In this document: piece after piece, positions 28,202 through 38,495 of the stretch
Numbering within the stretch: the first letter of the stretch is position 1
How the letters are laid out: every line of letters begins with the position of its first letter
Origin: Calditrichia bacterium
GTDB lineage: Bacteria; Calditrichota; Calditrichia; RBG-13-44-9; J075
Reading direction: 5' to 3'
Assembly (NCBI GenBank): GCA_050633245.1
Contig: JBOEGD010000009.1
Coordinates: 160,001 to 224,000, forward strand
DNA length: 64,000 bases
The notes under the pieces: generated by a model
Told to the model about the DNA's origin: nothing
The model's input: only the letters and a program-made list of their open reading frames with translations
Databases searched by the model: none
Translations under genes and position numbers: made by a program

Positions 28202-29411
28202 GACCGGTAGTCACCTTTATCTCGCTATGAAGCGTACGGTGAACCGGACAGCGGTCAGCAATTTCAAGCAGCCGCGCTCGTTGTTCATCATCCAGAGGTC
28301 CAAACAGCTCAACCTCTCTGGCAAGCACATCTATTTTGCCGGTCTCACTCTCGCAGTCAGCACAGTCTTTCGCATGAATTTTGGAGTGGTTTAGCGTGAC
28401 GGTTACGCCTTCCAGTGGCCACTTTTTTCTATCGGCGTACATTCGCAAGGTCATGCTGGTACAGCTTCCCAAAGCAGATAATAAGTAATCGTAAGGCGTT
28501 GGGCCTAAGTCAGCACCGCCCACAGAAAGCGGTTCATCAGCAATTTGAGAATGACCATTGGCCATTATTTCCGTGGTATACCCATTGGTTCCGGTATGTA
28601 CACGAACAACGCCCTTTGCCCCCGAAAGCTCGGCGGGACGATTTGCCTCGAGATTTACATAGTTTCCGGCCCAGGCAGCCAGCACTTTCCCAACATAAAG
28701 CGAATCTTGTTCCCTGCTCAGCAAATGATCCGCCATATCCAGAGAAACAAAACTTTTAGGATGGCGCGCCTTAAGGTAAATATGCGAGGCATTCTCGATG
28801 CCGACCGTATCGTCAATCGGAGAATGAAATATTAGCAGCGCTCTGTTTAATCGAGCAATGTGGTTATCCATGCTCTGATTGTCCAGGTCATCGAGAAACT
28901 GCTTTTTTATTTGGAAGGTTCTACCAGCCAAGTTAACTGATGCGATGCCATTTCTTTCAATCTCATCTCGCTTGCTTTCGAGTAAATGCGTTACGTGCTG
29001 TGGATTGCAAGGAGCACCGATTGTTGAAACGGCCAGTACAGATTCAATACTTCCGGCGGCTTGCAACACCGCTGCTCCGCCCAAAGAGTGACCGATCAAA
29101 ATTTGTGGTGCCATTCCCTCACCAGACATGTAATCGGCTGCCGCGATCAGGTCGGCAACATTGGAAGTAAAGTTGGTATCAGCGAAATCTCCCCCGCTCT
29201 CTCCCAGCCCGGTGAAATCAAAACGCATAACCGCAATACCCTCGGAAGTCAGCGCCCGACTAATATGAGACACGGCTTTCAAGTTCTTTGAGCAGGTAAA
29301 ACAGTGGGCAAAAAGAGCATAGGCTAACGGTTTGCCGGTCAAAGGTAGATCCAGTCGCCCGGATAAGGAAAAGCCGCTGTTATTCTTAAAGTTTATTCTG
29401 CCGGATTTCAT
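28185..29411 (-). CDS. Bifunctional alpha/beta hydrolase-OsmC family protein
   Basis: AHCFTC, RFDFTGLGES, GHSLGG, HPKSFVSLD; OsmC part ADEP...GPTPYD...LGSCT...CPVHRTL. Confidence 0.93.
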   Translation of the reverse strand: MKSGRINFKNNSGFSLSGRLDLPLTGKPLAYALFAHCFTCSKNLKAVSHISRALTSEGIAVMRFDFTGLGESGGDFADTNFTSNVADLIAAADYMSGEGMAPQILIGHSLGGAAVLQAAGSIESVLAVSTIGAPCNPQHVTHLLESKRDEIERNGIASVNLAGRTFQIKKQFLDDLDNQSMDNHIARLNRALLIFHSPIDDTVGIENASHIYLKARHPKSFVSLDMADHLLSREQDSLYVGKVLAAWAGNYVNLEANRPAELSGAKGVVRVHTGTNGYTTEIMANGHSQIADEPLSVGGADLGPTPYDYLLSALGSCTSMTLRMYADRKKWPLEGVTVTLNHSKIHAKDCADCESETGKIDVLAREVELFGPLDDEQRARLLEIADRCPVHRTLHSEIKVTTGLKNKS

Positions 29412-29983
29412 AGATAGCCTTCCGTTTTTATAGAGTTTTACAGCATTAGCCATCGCGCTAACACTTTAACTTTCAGTCTCTCCACGTCCCTCTCCGAGGC
29501 CTCGTTAATTATGTATCATGCAATGCGATACGTATACAACACGTATGCAACACCTCTGAAGCTTCCCGAAACGACCAATGTAAAAGCGCAGTATGGCAAG
29601 GATAAATATTCTTATTGAAAAATCTGTCAACGTACTGTTATTCATAGTAGCACATAGACTTTGAAATTTCTTCACAATTTTATTACAATTGCGTCATTAT
29701 TTTTGTGCCTTTTTATCCAATTGCTTGTCATAAGATACGCAGACATCTGAAGTGGTAAAACATAGCAATTTATTTCGCCTCCAATCCGCCCCTGAAGCCG
29801 ACCGAATTAATTAGTATTCAAGATCAGATTTTATCATTCGATTACTAATTACACTGTTATTACCGGTTTACTGGCATTACCTCACAACAAGGCAGGCCAT
29901 TCGTGCTGCGATACTATATGCTTTCTAACCGGAGTTTCCTCATGGTCATGGACGACATGTGAGCTCCTAAGGGATTGGACAAT

Positions 29984-31219
29984 ATGAAAGACAAGCTACC
30001 TGCGGGCAAAATTCGCATCGCCCATTTAGTAAACTATTTAGCACCTGCCGGCAAGGAACTCGGCCTGCTAAAACTCATCCGAAATATGAACAATGATGTC
30101 TTCGAATCCTATTTACTCGTAACAAACGAAATTCGTGAACGAGAGCGTCTGGACCTTGCCGGAATAAAAATCATTCATCTTGATTACGGCCCGGGTAATC
30201 ATCCTGGCATGCCGATTGATATCCGTCGTGAACTAAAAAAGTACCAGATCGATATTGTGCACACTCATTCCTGGGGGACGCTGTTGGAAGGCATCACCGC
30301 AGCAAAGTTTGCCGGCACTCCGATTATTGTCCATGGAGAACACGGAACTTTTCCCAAGAAGGCGCCTCACCGTCAGCTCCAGCGCATGTTTTGGAGTATG
30401 TGCGATCGAGTGCTTGCTGTCTCATGGCCCTTGCGAAGAGATCTTGCCCTTGAGACCGGAATTGATGAGCGACGCATCGAGGTAATACTGAATGGCGTGG
30501 AACACAAGAAGTTTTTTCCTTGCGAAGAACTACGCGAACAGACGCGCATAAAGTATGGTTTTTCTGATAATGACTTTGTCATCGGCAATGTTGGCAGACT
30601 GAATAAAATCAAGAATCAAAACATGCTTATTCGGGCCATCGCTCATCTGAAAAACGCCGGTGTAAACGTTCATGGTATGTTCGTAGGTGGCTTAACGGTC
30701 GGCAAGGATCACGGCCCTGAGCTTGAAGCATTGACTAAGCTGCTTGGTATTCGTGAGCAAATACATTTCACCGATTTTCAGGATAATGTAAATGCATTTT
30801 ATAACATGTTTGACGTGTTTTCACTGACGTCGCTGAACGAGGGCTGCTCGAATGTTATTCAGGAGGCAATGTTTGCTGGACGTCCTATTATCGCAACAAA
30901 TGTTGGCGGAAACCCGGATCTGATTCAACATGAGGCAAACGGTCTTTTGGTGGAAAGTAACAGTTATGTTGAGCTTGCCGAATCAATAATGAAACTCAGG
31001 GAATCTGCCTCGCTTGGGCGGGGACTCGCAGAACAGGCTCGCAAGGATGCCTTGCGTTTATATCCAATTACTACGATGGTACGTTCATATGAGCGTATTT
31101 ATCTGGAAGAATACTACCGCCACTTTGCAACCAGCCGCAAAGCGCGGGCATATTTTCAACAGGTTTTGGAAGCTTCAGATTCGACAGCAATCTCACAACA
31201 TGCAGCTGTCGAAGATTAG
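29984..31219 (+). CDS. Glycosyltransferase family 4 (GT-B)
   Basis: DIVHTH, VHGEHG, NGV, VGRL...KN, S..EG..NVIQEAM..G.PIIATNVGGNPDLI. Confidence 0.9.
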   Translation: MKDKLPAGKIRIAHLVNYLAPAGKELGLLKLIRNMNNDVFESYLLVTNEIRERERLDLAGIKIIHLDYGPGNHPGMPIDIRRELKKYQIDIVHTHSWGTLLEGITAAKFAGTPIIVHGEHGTFPKKAPHRQLQRMFWSMCDRVLAVSWPLRRDLALETGIDERRIEVILNGVEHKKFFPCEELREQTRIKYGFSDNDFVIGNVGRLNKIKNQNMLIRAIAHLKNAGVNVHGMFVGGLTVGKDHGPELEALTKLLGIREQIHFTDFQDNVNAFYNMFDVFSLTSLNEGCSNVIQEAMFAGRPIIATNVGGNPDLIQHEANGLLVESNSYVELAESIMKLRESASLGRGLAEQARKDALRLYPITTMVRSYERIYLEEYYRHFATSRKARAYFQQVLEASDSTAISQHAAVED

Positions 31220-32115
31220 CAGCGCTTCACAACAAAGTCCATCTGATGGGCAATATAAACGAGCTCTCCCCTCTTTAGCTGGTTGAGACGCTGCTGGTAC
31301 CAATCTTCAAGGCCGTGGGCAAGCGCGGTCTTATTCTCACGCAACGCCTGCAAAACCGTGTCTAAAATAAAGCGCAGGAACACAGCTTCATCGGCTGGAT
31401 ACATACCTCCGGCACTAAAGACTACCCAGTCTGAAGCAGCGGCATCGAGGATATTGGCTCCATGTTTAACAAGTTCTGCAAACAGTTTACGCCCGGTGCG
31501 ACTGTCTCCGGATAGGTTCCCTTCAATAAGCCTGGTATCCATTGTGGCGTGGTATAAATTCATGAGCTGCTGCTCACGTTCACGGTTCAGCGTCGGTTCA
31601 AAGATCGTCTCACCATCAAAATTTATTGGGAGGTAACAGACACCGCCTTGCTTCAGCGCAGCTAAAAAGGTGCTTACTGCCTTTGACAATGGCAATAAGT
31701 CTAACAAGGCCGACGCAATGAGTCCATCGTATTGTTCGCGGTTCCGATCGAGAAATTGAAAGCAATCTACAACAGTAAAATCTACCTCTGATTCAGAATC
31801 ACCATCATTTATGGTTAAACCGGTATCAGATAGTGCTACAACAAACTTTCGCTCACGAAAAAACTTGGTCAGACGACCAATAGCAGCATCACGATTGGCC
31901 TCAAGTTCATCTACAAGCGTATAACGCTGAAATCGCAACCCACAATTCCAAAGTCGCTCCAACATCGTTCCTACACCTGCTCCCAGCTCGAGAATAGATG
32001 GGTTTTTCTGCAAGGCAATTAGATTACAAAACTCTATCAAGATGCGCGGGTGAAGAGCACGATCATCTACGGTCTTCTTTGCTGCAAGATAGTCTGAATA
32101 ACTGATTTTGGTCAT
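31216..32115 (-). CDS. Class I SAM-dependent methyltransferase
   Basis: ILELGAGVGTM motif I, ASALLDL; start overlaps the upstream stop (TGATG). Confidence 0.85.
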   Translation of the reverse strand: MTKISYSDYLAAKKTVDDRALHPRILIEFCNLIALQKNPSILELGAGVGTMLERLWNCGLRFQRYTLVDELEANRDAAIGRLTKFFRERKFVVALSDTGLTINDGDSESEVDFTVVDCFQFLDRNREQYDGLIASALLDLLPLSKAVSTFLAALKQGGVCYLPINFDGETIFEPTLNREREQQLMNLYHATMDTRLIEGNLSGDSRTGRKLFAELVKHGANILDAAASDWVVFSAGGMYPADEAVFLRFILDTVLQALRENKTALAHGLEDWYQQRLNQLKRGELVYIAHQMDFVVKRC

Positions 32116-33191
32116 CAAAATGCCTTCCAATTAATAGCGGTTGTATGTATGAACTCTCTTGCTCCGCTCATTGTTGTCTTCCAGTCCGGATGATTTTTAT
32201 ACGTAGTTACTGCCGCGGCGGACATGCGCCCATAGATGTCTGGGTCCCGTAGTCTTCGCAGCGCAGCCGCAACGTGCACCTCATTGCCCGGTTCAGCCAA
32301 AAAACCATTTATACTGTCTTTTACTATATCTACTGCACCACCTGCTGAAGAGGCAATAACCGGCAAACCAAAAGACATTGCCTCCAGATACACGATCCCA
32401 AATCCTTCGTGTTCTGAAGGCATTGCCAACACATCATGACTCTCATATAGCTCAATCAACTCTTTCTGCGACACCGGGCCCTTAAAACAAACCCGATCAT
32501 CCATCCCACGCATCTGTAGATATTGCCGAAGGTAGGCCGTGAAGCTAGAATCGATGTCGTTCCGTCCGACGATCGTCAATTGATATGGTGTTTCGAGATG
32601 CACCACCATTCCCTGAATCAGCGTCCAGAGGCCCTTACGCGGAATAACGTTCCCGACAAAGAGTAAACGAGGTAAACCTTCCAGAGCGCGTCCCTCGGAA
32701 ACAGTACTTGCTAAATGAGAGGCTGACGGATGCGCTATATGACTCCATTTCGGCAAACAATTCTGCTCGTGCACGGCCTCTAAAGTGGCATGACTGGTAA
32801 AAAGCATACCATCAACAGAGCGCAGATAACGGCTCTCAATAAGGCGGTGCACTGTTGTAAATGGCCAATAAAAAGAACTCGCCTCTGAAATCCGCAGATG
32901 ATGCACAATGCTAATCAATGGCACTTTTCCTCTTAACCGACGATTGAGGCACAGCAAGGAAGGATGATTAAGCTCATCCTGCAAAACAACATCGTATTTA
33001 CCAAGCTCTATTCTCTCCTCTAACCCCCGCGAAAAATTGTCCAAAAGATGTCGACCATAACTGTGCCAAGGCAAGGAAAGCACATCCACCTCATCACCAA
33101 GACTACGCAGGTATTCTACCAGCTTGCGGTCGTATAGATAACCACCTGATATCGTATCAAGGCTGCCGTATATAACCAGCGCAATCCGCAT
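32115..33191 (-). CDS. Glycosyltransferase family 4
   Basis: SGGYLYDR, FVGNVIPRKG, EGFGIVYLEAMSFGLPVI; start overlaps the PTPS stop (TAATG). Confidence 0.9.
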   Translation of the reverse strand: MRIALVIYGSLDTISGGYLYDRKLVEYLRSLGDEVDVLSLPWHSYGRHLLDNFSRGLEERIELGKYDVVLQDELNHPSLLCLNRRLRGKVPLISIVHHLRISEASSFYWPFTTVHRLIESRYLRSVDGMLFTSHATLEAVHEQNCLPKWSHIAHPSASHLASTVSEGRALEGLPRLLFVGNVIPRKGLWTLIQGMVVHLETPYQLTIVGRNDIDSSFTAYLRQYLQMRGMDDRVCFKGPVSQKELIELYESHDVLAMPSEHEGFGIVYLEAMSFGLPVIASSAGGAVDIVKDSINGFLAEPGNEVHVAAALRRLRDPDIYGRMSAAAVTTYKNHPDWKTTMSGAREFIHTTAINWKAF

Positions 33192-33574
33192 TAAACGTCG
33201 AGCTTGTGTGAATAGGATGCCCACGCAATGTTGTTTTCCCACAGACGCAGTGTAACTGCATCAAGCGTATCAACGTTGATACGCTCAGCTAATCGCAGAC
33301 AAAAAATTCGTGCAAAGTGTTCCACACTGGGATTCAAGCCATTAAACTCAGCAAGCTCATTTAGCGTTTTGTCCCTGAAATAGGAGACCTGATCATCAAG
33401 ATGTTTCTCGACATCAACAATATCCACCAAATACCCATGCTTATCGAGCTGACTACCCTGTAGAATAACCTCAGCTTCAAAATGATGGGAATGCCATTCA
33501 TTTTCTGCGCCCCAGTCGCCACCAATTAGGAAGTGCTGTGCGACGAAATCTCGCTTTACTCGTAATTCATACAT
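33191..33574 (-). CDS. 6-pyruvoyl-tetrahydropterin synthase/QueD-fold protein (COG0720), non-canonical subgroup
   Basis: FVAQH...WGAENEWHSH, GYLVDI, LN...NPSVE, LWEN; lacks the QueD Cys-x3-HGH motif. Confidence 0.88.
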   Translation of the reverse strand: MYELRVKRDFVAQHFLIGGDWGAENEWHSHHFEAEVILQGSQLDKHGYLVDIVDVEKHLDDQVSYFRDKTLNELAEFNGLNPSVEHFARIFCLRLAERINVDTLDAVTLRLWENNIAWASYSHKLDV

Positions 33575-33587
33575 CTACAGATCCCTT

Positions 33588-34592
33588 CTATTGATATTCG
33601 AAAAGTACCTGAAAGATATTTTCGAACTGTTTATCTAACTGTTCATAGGCCTTGTTTGCATCTTCAATCCCAAACCGATGCGTAATAATCTTTTCAGGAT
33701 TCATTTTCTCCAGTGCTTTCCATGCACTTTTCATGCGTCGCATCTTAGACCACCTTCCTGATAATGCGGGATTAATCGTGCTAACCTGACTGGAGACAAT
33801 CTGAATACGGCTCCGGTGAAAAGACTCACCGAGATGTATTGCAGCAGTTTTACTTCCATACCACGAACCAATAACAATACGTCCGTTAAAGCGGGTCCAC
33901 TTTATTGCCGTATTTAACGCTTCGGGATTTCCCGACACTTCAAAAAAGACATCTACCGGCCCCAGCTCAGGAATCGTCTTAACATCGATATCCTGCAGAC
34001 TAATTGTTTTTACTCCGAGCTGATCTTCAAACAGTTTCCTCCTGGAAGCCAGTTTTTCCACGACTGCAAGTGACTCCAGTGGAAAGGTTTGCAGCAGCTG
34101 GGTGAGTAAATAACCAACAACTCCCCCGCCCTGCACCAGTATCTGTTCGTCATAAATCGGGGCACCGTCATGCAGTAAGGAAACGGCTGTTTCCATATTT
34201 GGAAGCAACACGGCTTGTTCCCAACTGACCCCGTCAGGAATTTCAATCAAATCTAAGGCAGTGACAACAGCATGTGTTCCATGAGGTTGGAAAGAGAAGA
34301 CACGTTTCCCCAGCCATTTTTGTTCTACATCTTTGCCGATAGCCAACACTTCTCCAACAAAGGCATAACCATATTGAAGTGGATATTCAACCGTATCAGT
34401 TAGGTTACTAATCGCAAGATCAAGAGGCATATCCTTTGGTAGTTGACCTCGATAAGCCAACAGCTCGGTTCCTGCCGAAACAGCTGAAGCACGCGCTTTG
34501 ATCAATAACTGCTCTGCTTCGAGTTTTGGCAGAGCGGTCTTGCGCAATTCAACCGTTTTGTTTCCGTTAAACCAAAGTTCTGTCGAAGTCAT
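33588..34592 (-). CDS. MDR-family (zinc-binding alcohol dehydrogenase-like) oxidoreductase
   Basis: SAVSAGTE, YGYAFVG, GGGVVG Rossmann motif, EVSGNP, GSWYG. Confidence 0.87.
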   Translation of the reverse strand: MTSTELWFNGNKTVELRKTALPKLEAEQLLIKARASAVSAGTELLAYRGQLPKDMPLDLAISNLTDTVEYPLQYGYAFVGEVLAIGKDVEQKWLGKRVFSFQPHGTHAVVTALDLIEIPDGVSWEQAVLLPNMETAVSLLHDGAPIYDEQILVQGGGVVGYLLTQLLQTFPLESLAVVEKLASRRKLFEDQLGVKTISLQDIDVKTIPELGPVDVFFEVSGNPEALNTAIKWTRFNGRIVIGSWYGSKTAAIHLGESFHRSRIQIVSSQVSTINPALSGRWSKMRRMKSAWKALEKMNPEKIITHRFGIEDANKAYEQLDKQFENIFQVLFEYQ

Positions 34593-35314
34593 TTACTTCT
34601 CTCCTCTGGAATGAGTCGTAAAATAAGATCACGTCCTGCCTGAGCTCGCTCTCGAATGATCAGTTTTTCAAAGACCCGATCATTATCACCGGAAAGAACG
34701 TGTAGCCCTCTGACAAAAACCGGAGCGATAGTTACAATAAGCTCATCCAGCATTCCCGAGTGCAAAAAGCTGGATATAATACGCTGTCCACCCTCAACCA
34801 TCAAGCACTCAATGCCATTCTCTTTAAGCAATGGAAGCAGCGATGTCAGATCCAGAAATTCCTTATCCAGCATGCCAATTGAGAAAACCCGGGCACCGGC
34901 TTCGCGAAGTGCACTGGCTTTATTCTCACAAGCATTTTCCGAAGCAATGATCCATGGTTTCTTGCCGTTCTCCCGCAGCAGCCCGGAATCCAACGGCATG
35001 CGAAGTTGGCTGTCCAAAACTATTGGCTGAGGGCTTTCGCCACAAACAAGTCGGGTTGTTAACTTCGGATCGTCACTAAGCACCGTGCCGATTCCAATTA
35101 GAATACCGTCGCACATTGCTCTTAGTTGGTGGGCAAATCGCAACGATTCAGGACAGCTCAGCGCTATCGGCTTTCGGTCACTGCTGCCTATCGAACCGTC
35201 AAGACTCTGAGCATAGCAGAGGATTGTGTAGGGTCGACGACTCTCGAAGCGTTTAGCTGCCCTACCCGTTTGCATAAGCAGCTTTTCAATATGTTTGGTG
35301 GAAGGGTTAGTCAT
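34589..35314 (-). CDS. RibD C-terminal-type pyrimidine reductase (no deaminase domain)
   Basis: YAQSLDGSI, HQLRA.CDGILIGIGTVLSDDPKLTTR, LMVEGG. Confidence 0.9.
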   Translation of the reverse strand: MTNPSTKHIEKLLMQTGRAAKRFESRRPYTILCYAQSLDGSIGSSDRKPIALSCPESLRFAHQLRAMCDGILIGIGTVLSDDPKLTTRLVCGESPQPIVLDSQLRMPLDSGLLRENGKKPWIIASENACENKASALREAGARVFSIGMLDKEFLDLTSLLPLLKENGIECLMVEGGQRIISSFLHSGMLDELIVTIAPVFVRGLHVLSGDNDRVFEKLIIRERAQAGRDLILRLIPEERSK

Positions 35315-36281
35315 GAGCCCCTTCCTTAACCAGCCATTTTCCTCGCAGCATCTGTAAGCGATCTGATAACGGGGGAAAAATGCCGGTAATTGTGGCGTAA
35401 ATCAGTCCAACACAGACAAGACTAACATCCCGAAAGCGCATCAAGAGTACGGCGCTAAGGGCAAGGTTTGTATCAATCGCGCACAGCTCAGCTGCTAGTA
35501 GAATAGCTGCTTCCAATATTCCAGCAGCGGCAGGAACCGGCAACGGAAGCCAGAACGCCAGGCGGATTGCCAAAAGCATCGTCAGCAAGTCATGCAGGTC
35601 TAACATCACTCCGACTGCAGCAAAAATCAGCCAGAGTTCGGCGATAAATAGCATCCAGATAATAAACGTCAGTATGGCAATGTGAGAAAGTCGAAGGGCA
35701 TCTTCCCTTGTTATGGTAACGGCTGATGTTTTTTTGCGCCAATAAAAGTAACTCAGCAAGGTGATGAAAAAACACCCAATACCTACGGAGATAAAAAACA
35801 CGGTGTCCAACGCAATGTTCAGGTGTCTGAAGAGCGCGGCTCCATAGAAGAAACTGAGCAGAAGTACCATAACAATATTGCCGACAAAATCGACACCGCG
35901 TTCAGTAACAACGTGCTTTAGCGCTTCTTTTGAAGAGAGTGCATTATTTTGAACCAGCAGTCCGATTTGGAGCGCCTCGCCACCGATCTGAGTGCCCGGC
36001 GTGATGTAACTGAAGGCAAATCCCGAAAGTCGATTCATGGCAAGCATAGTCAGTGGTAGATGTTCAGTCAACAGCACTTGCCAGCGGCGGGCAATAATAA
36101 ACAGAAGAAGAAAATTAACAAAGAACAACAGGAGTAGCACAACAGGAGAGACACTTTGAATGCCCTCCAGAATCTTTCCTGCATTTAAGTCTTTATAAAA
36201 ATCAGCCGAGAAAAATAAGGCAAGGCCGAAAACCAAAGCCAACATTCCATATTTTAGTAAAGTAATCATCGGTTTAGCCAT
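35307..36281 (-). CDS. Lysylphosphatidylglycerol-synthase TM (flippase-like, UPF0104) protein
   Basis: ARRW..LL, SYITPGTQIGGE, ER..D, PAAAGILE, L..RF. Confidence 0.8.
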   Translation of the reverse strand: MAKPMITLLKYGMLALVFGLALFFSADFYKDLNAGKILEGIQSVSPVVLLLLFFVNFLLLFIIARRWQVLLTEHLPLTMLAMNRLSGFAFSYITPGTQIGGEALQIGLLVQNNALSSKEALKHVVTERGVDFVGNIVMVLLLSFFYGAALFRHLNIALDTVFFISVGIGCFFITLLSYFYWRKKTSAVTITREDALRLSHIAILTFIIWMLFIAELWLIFAAVGVMLDLHDLLTMLLAIRLAFWLPLPVPAAAGILEAAILLAAELCAIDTNLALSAVLLMRFRDVSLVCVGLIYATITGIFPPLSDRLQMLRGKWLVKEGAHD

Positions 36282-37366
36282 TTTTCTTCAGGCTCCCAAA
36301 TTGCGGAAGCACCTGCTCCGAGAAGTGCGATCGTCGAGCAATAGGCCAGAGCAAGTTGGGCATATCGGCCAGAGTTCTCACTCATCACATACCAGCCTAT
36401 TAGAAGCATCAGCGCGACAGCTATTGTTCGTGCGGCAATCCCAAAGGCAACAGCAAACGCAAGAATCAGCATCAGAAGATAATATTCATGTTCTCTGAAC
36501 TCTACTACAACCACAAAGCAGAGAAAAAAGCGTAGCACCAGCGGAAGCGTATAGAAGAGACTGCGATAGAGGATCGTGCGTAAGCGTGCATATTGTTTTT
36601 TTGTGCTATCCATCTTTCCGCATACCGTTAACCAATCAAAAATAAATCCGGACAGGAAGAATAGCATATAGATTCTTGCAGGGATGTTCACCGCCTTCAG
36701 AGAATATACGCCAAACAACGTCACAGCAACAAACCCCATCAAGAAGCCGGCCATGGTACGTCGAAACGTGCCCGGAACCAGGGGCTGCAATAACCGCCCG
36801 TTCCGCTCTCTAATTCTTGCTGCAATCATAAACATGTAATACGCGGTTCCTACTGCAATAAACTCGGGTGGAAGCATTTGATGTCTTACGGCGACGAACA
36901 CACCGACGGCCATTGCGAAACCATCTGTAACGGTATCTACTACACCGCCAAACTCGCTGAGGCTATTTGTTTTCCGAGCGATAAAGCCGTCAACCGCATC
37001 CAAAAGGATCGCGCCCAGAAAGCAAAGTGGCATTAAAAGCGCAATTGGGTCTGTCAGGCTGTTCAGCCCAAGAGTTCCACTAACAAAGGTCAACATTGTT
37101 CCACGTAGCAAAGTTATTCTGGTGGCGGCTCCCAAACCAGTTTGGGCTAAACGCCTTTGCTCGACAATATTTCCGCGTTTCCAACTTCTTCCAATCCGCC
37201 ACAGATAAAAACAAAGTGCAAATATGCTGAAAGCAATAAATTTCAGGCTTTCCAACTTATTCGAGTTTAAGACAATCAAATAAATAGCGGGAAGAAATCC
37301 TGATACAAAAAGCAGCAAAATTTCAGAGTAGATACGTTTTAAAAATGGCAGGTTTTGTGATTTCAT
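36266..37366 (-). CDS. CDP-alcohol phosphatidyltransferase family protein with extra TM helices
   Basis: ITLLR and DAVDGFIAR-x8-G-x3-D-x3-D signature. Confidence 0.9.
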   Translation of the reverse strand: MKSQNLPFLKRIYSEILLLFVSGFLPAIYLIVLNSNKLESLKFIAFSIFALCFYLWRIGRSWKRGNIVEQRRLAQTGLGAATRITLLRGTMLTFVSGTLGLNSLTDPIALLMPLCFLGAILLDAVDGFIARKTNSLSEFGGVVDTVTDGFAMAVGVFVAVRHQMLPPEFIAVGTAYYMFMIAARIRERNGRLLQPLVPGTFRRTMAGFLMGFVAVTLFGVYSLKAVNIPARIYMLFFLSGFIFDWLTVCGKMDSTKKQYARLRTILYRSLFYTLPLVLRFFLCFVVVVEFREHEYYLLMLILAFAVAFGIAARTIAVALMLLIGWYVMSENSGRYAQLALAYCSTIALLGAGASAIWEPEEKWLNR

Positions 37367-37378
37367 AACGGCTTTAGC

Positions 37379-37413
37379 AAAAAGGGCTCGATTGAAACAA
37401 TCGAGCCCTTTTT
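37379..37413. terminator. Intrinsic terminator downstream of the act operon
   Basis: AAAAAGGGCTCGATTG-AAA-CAATCGAGCCCTTTTT perfect 16-bp inverted repeat. Confidence 0.88.
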
Positions 37414-37434
37414 AAAAAGAATTTCAGAAGTGGA

Positions 37435-38493
37435 TCAGGATGCTTTCAGCGACTCGGATTCTCCACGGCTACGGATAACCAGCACAAAAACCAAGGCTGC
37501 TATCAGAAATTGTGGGATAACGATAATCCAGTTTAGCTGGACGTGATGATGAATCATAAAGAAGCGTTCAAGCAAAATCCCACCCCAGATAACAAAGCCC
37601 ATAATCATAACCATCTTGGGATTTGCTTTAACCTTGCGAGACATCAGCACCCAGAATGGTGTAATAAACAGAATCAGGATTACGGCAAACAGCGTATAGC
37701 CATATAGATCGAGGCGAGTAGTAAAGAACGATACCTCTTCCGGAATATTACCATACCAGATAACGATTAACTGAGAGAAAAATTGATATGCCCAGAAAAT
37801 GCTGAAGCCAAACATCATGGTCATCATATCCATCTGAGATTTTTTAAACATGCCGACAGGATAACGCTCGGCATAATAGTCGCTTAAAAAGAATGTAAAA
37901 ATTGCAGCCAGGGCAAGTCCTGAATAGAATGCTTCAACAAAGAAGTATGCACCAAACAGCGTACTTAGCCATGGAAACTCGAGGGACATAACCCAATCGA
38001 ATGCCACCATGGTTTGTGTAATTACATAGGCAAAAATATAAAAGATCGCCCACATAACCTTGCGCTTGCCGTCGTTTAGTGAAACCTTTGCATACGTACT
38101 GGCTACAACCCAACTAATAAGCAGAAGTGCCAGGTTTCTCCAGGTAAAAAATGATGTGTTTAACCATTTTCGTTCCAAGCCTTCAACGGGTGCTGCCCAA
38201 CCGTACACATTCAACTTGCCAAGCAGTACAAAACCGCCAAAGAGCAAGGCAATAAAAAGTATCATATGATGTGTAGATAGCATTTCGCGCTTATAAGGCT
38301 TTGCCCAATCGGATTCACAAACATCCACTGCTGCCATAATTGCTATCGGCCCCATAGACACCGCCACAAAAAACAGCATAGTGTAGAGCATAGATGTCGT
38401 ACCTTCAGCTGTAGCCATCTCCATTCCCACAATGGCAACGGCGGCTACCGCGAACACGACAAGAAGTTTAGGAAAGTTATTTGAAAATCCCAT
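37435..38493 (-). CDS. actF: Alternative complex III subunit F-like membrane protein
   Basis: WLN..FF..R, FDWVMSL..PW.STLFG, FWAY..FSQ..VIWYGNIPEE; last gene of the act cluster. Confidence 0.82.
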   Translation of the reverse strand: MGFSNNFPKLLVVFAVAAVAIVGMEMATAEGTTSMLYTMLFFVAVSMGPIAIMAAVDVCESDWAKPYKREMLSTHHMILFIALLFGGFVLLGKLNVYGWAAPVEGLERKWLNTSFFTWRNLALLLISWVVASTYAKVSLNDGKRKVMWAIFYIFAYVITQTMVAFDWVMSLEFPWLSTLFGAYFFVEAFYSGLALAAIFTFFLSDYYAERYPVGMFKKSQMDMMTMMFGFSIFWAYQFFSQLIVIWYGNIPEEVSFFTTRLDLYGYTLFAVILILFITPFWVLMSRKVKANPKMVMIMGFVIWGGILLERFFMIHHHVQLNWIIVIPQFLIAALVFVLVIRSRGESESLKAS

Positions 38494-38495
38494 AG

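Noticed and set aside
33191-33574. Calling the PTPS gene queD (queuosine or 7-deazaguanine DNA modification)
   Set aside because: Lacks the catalytic Cys motif; no queC, queE, folE or dpd genes nearby.
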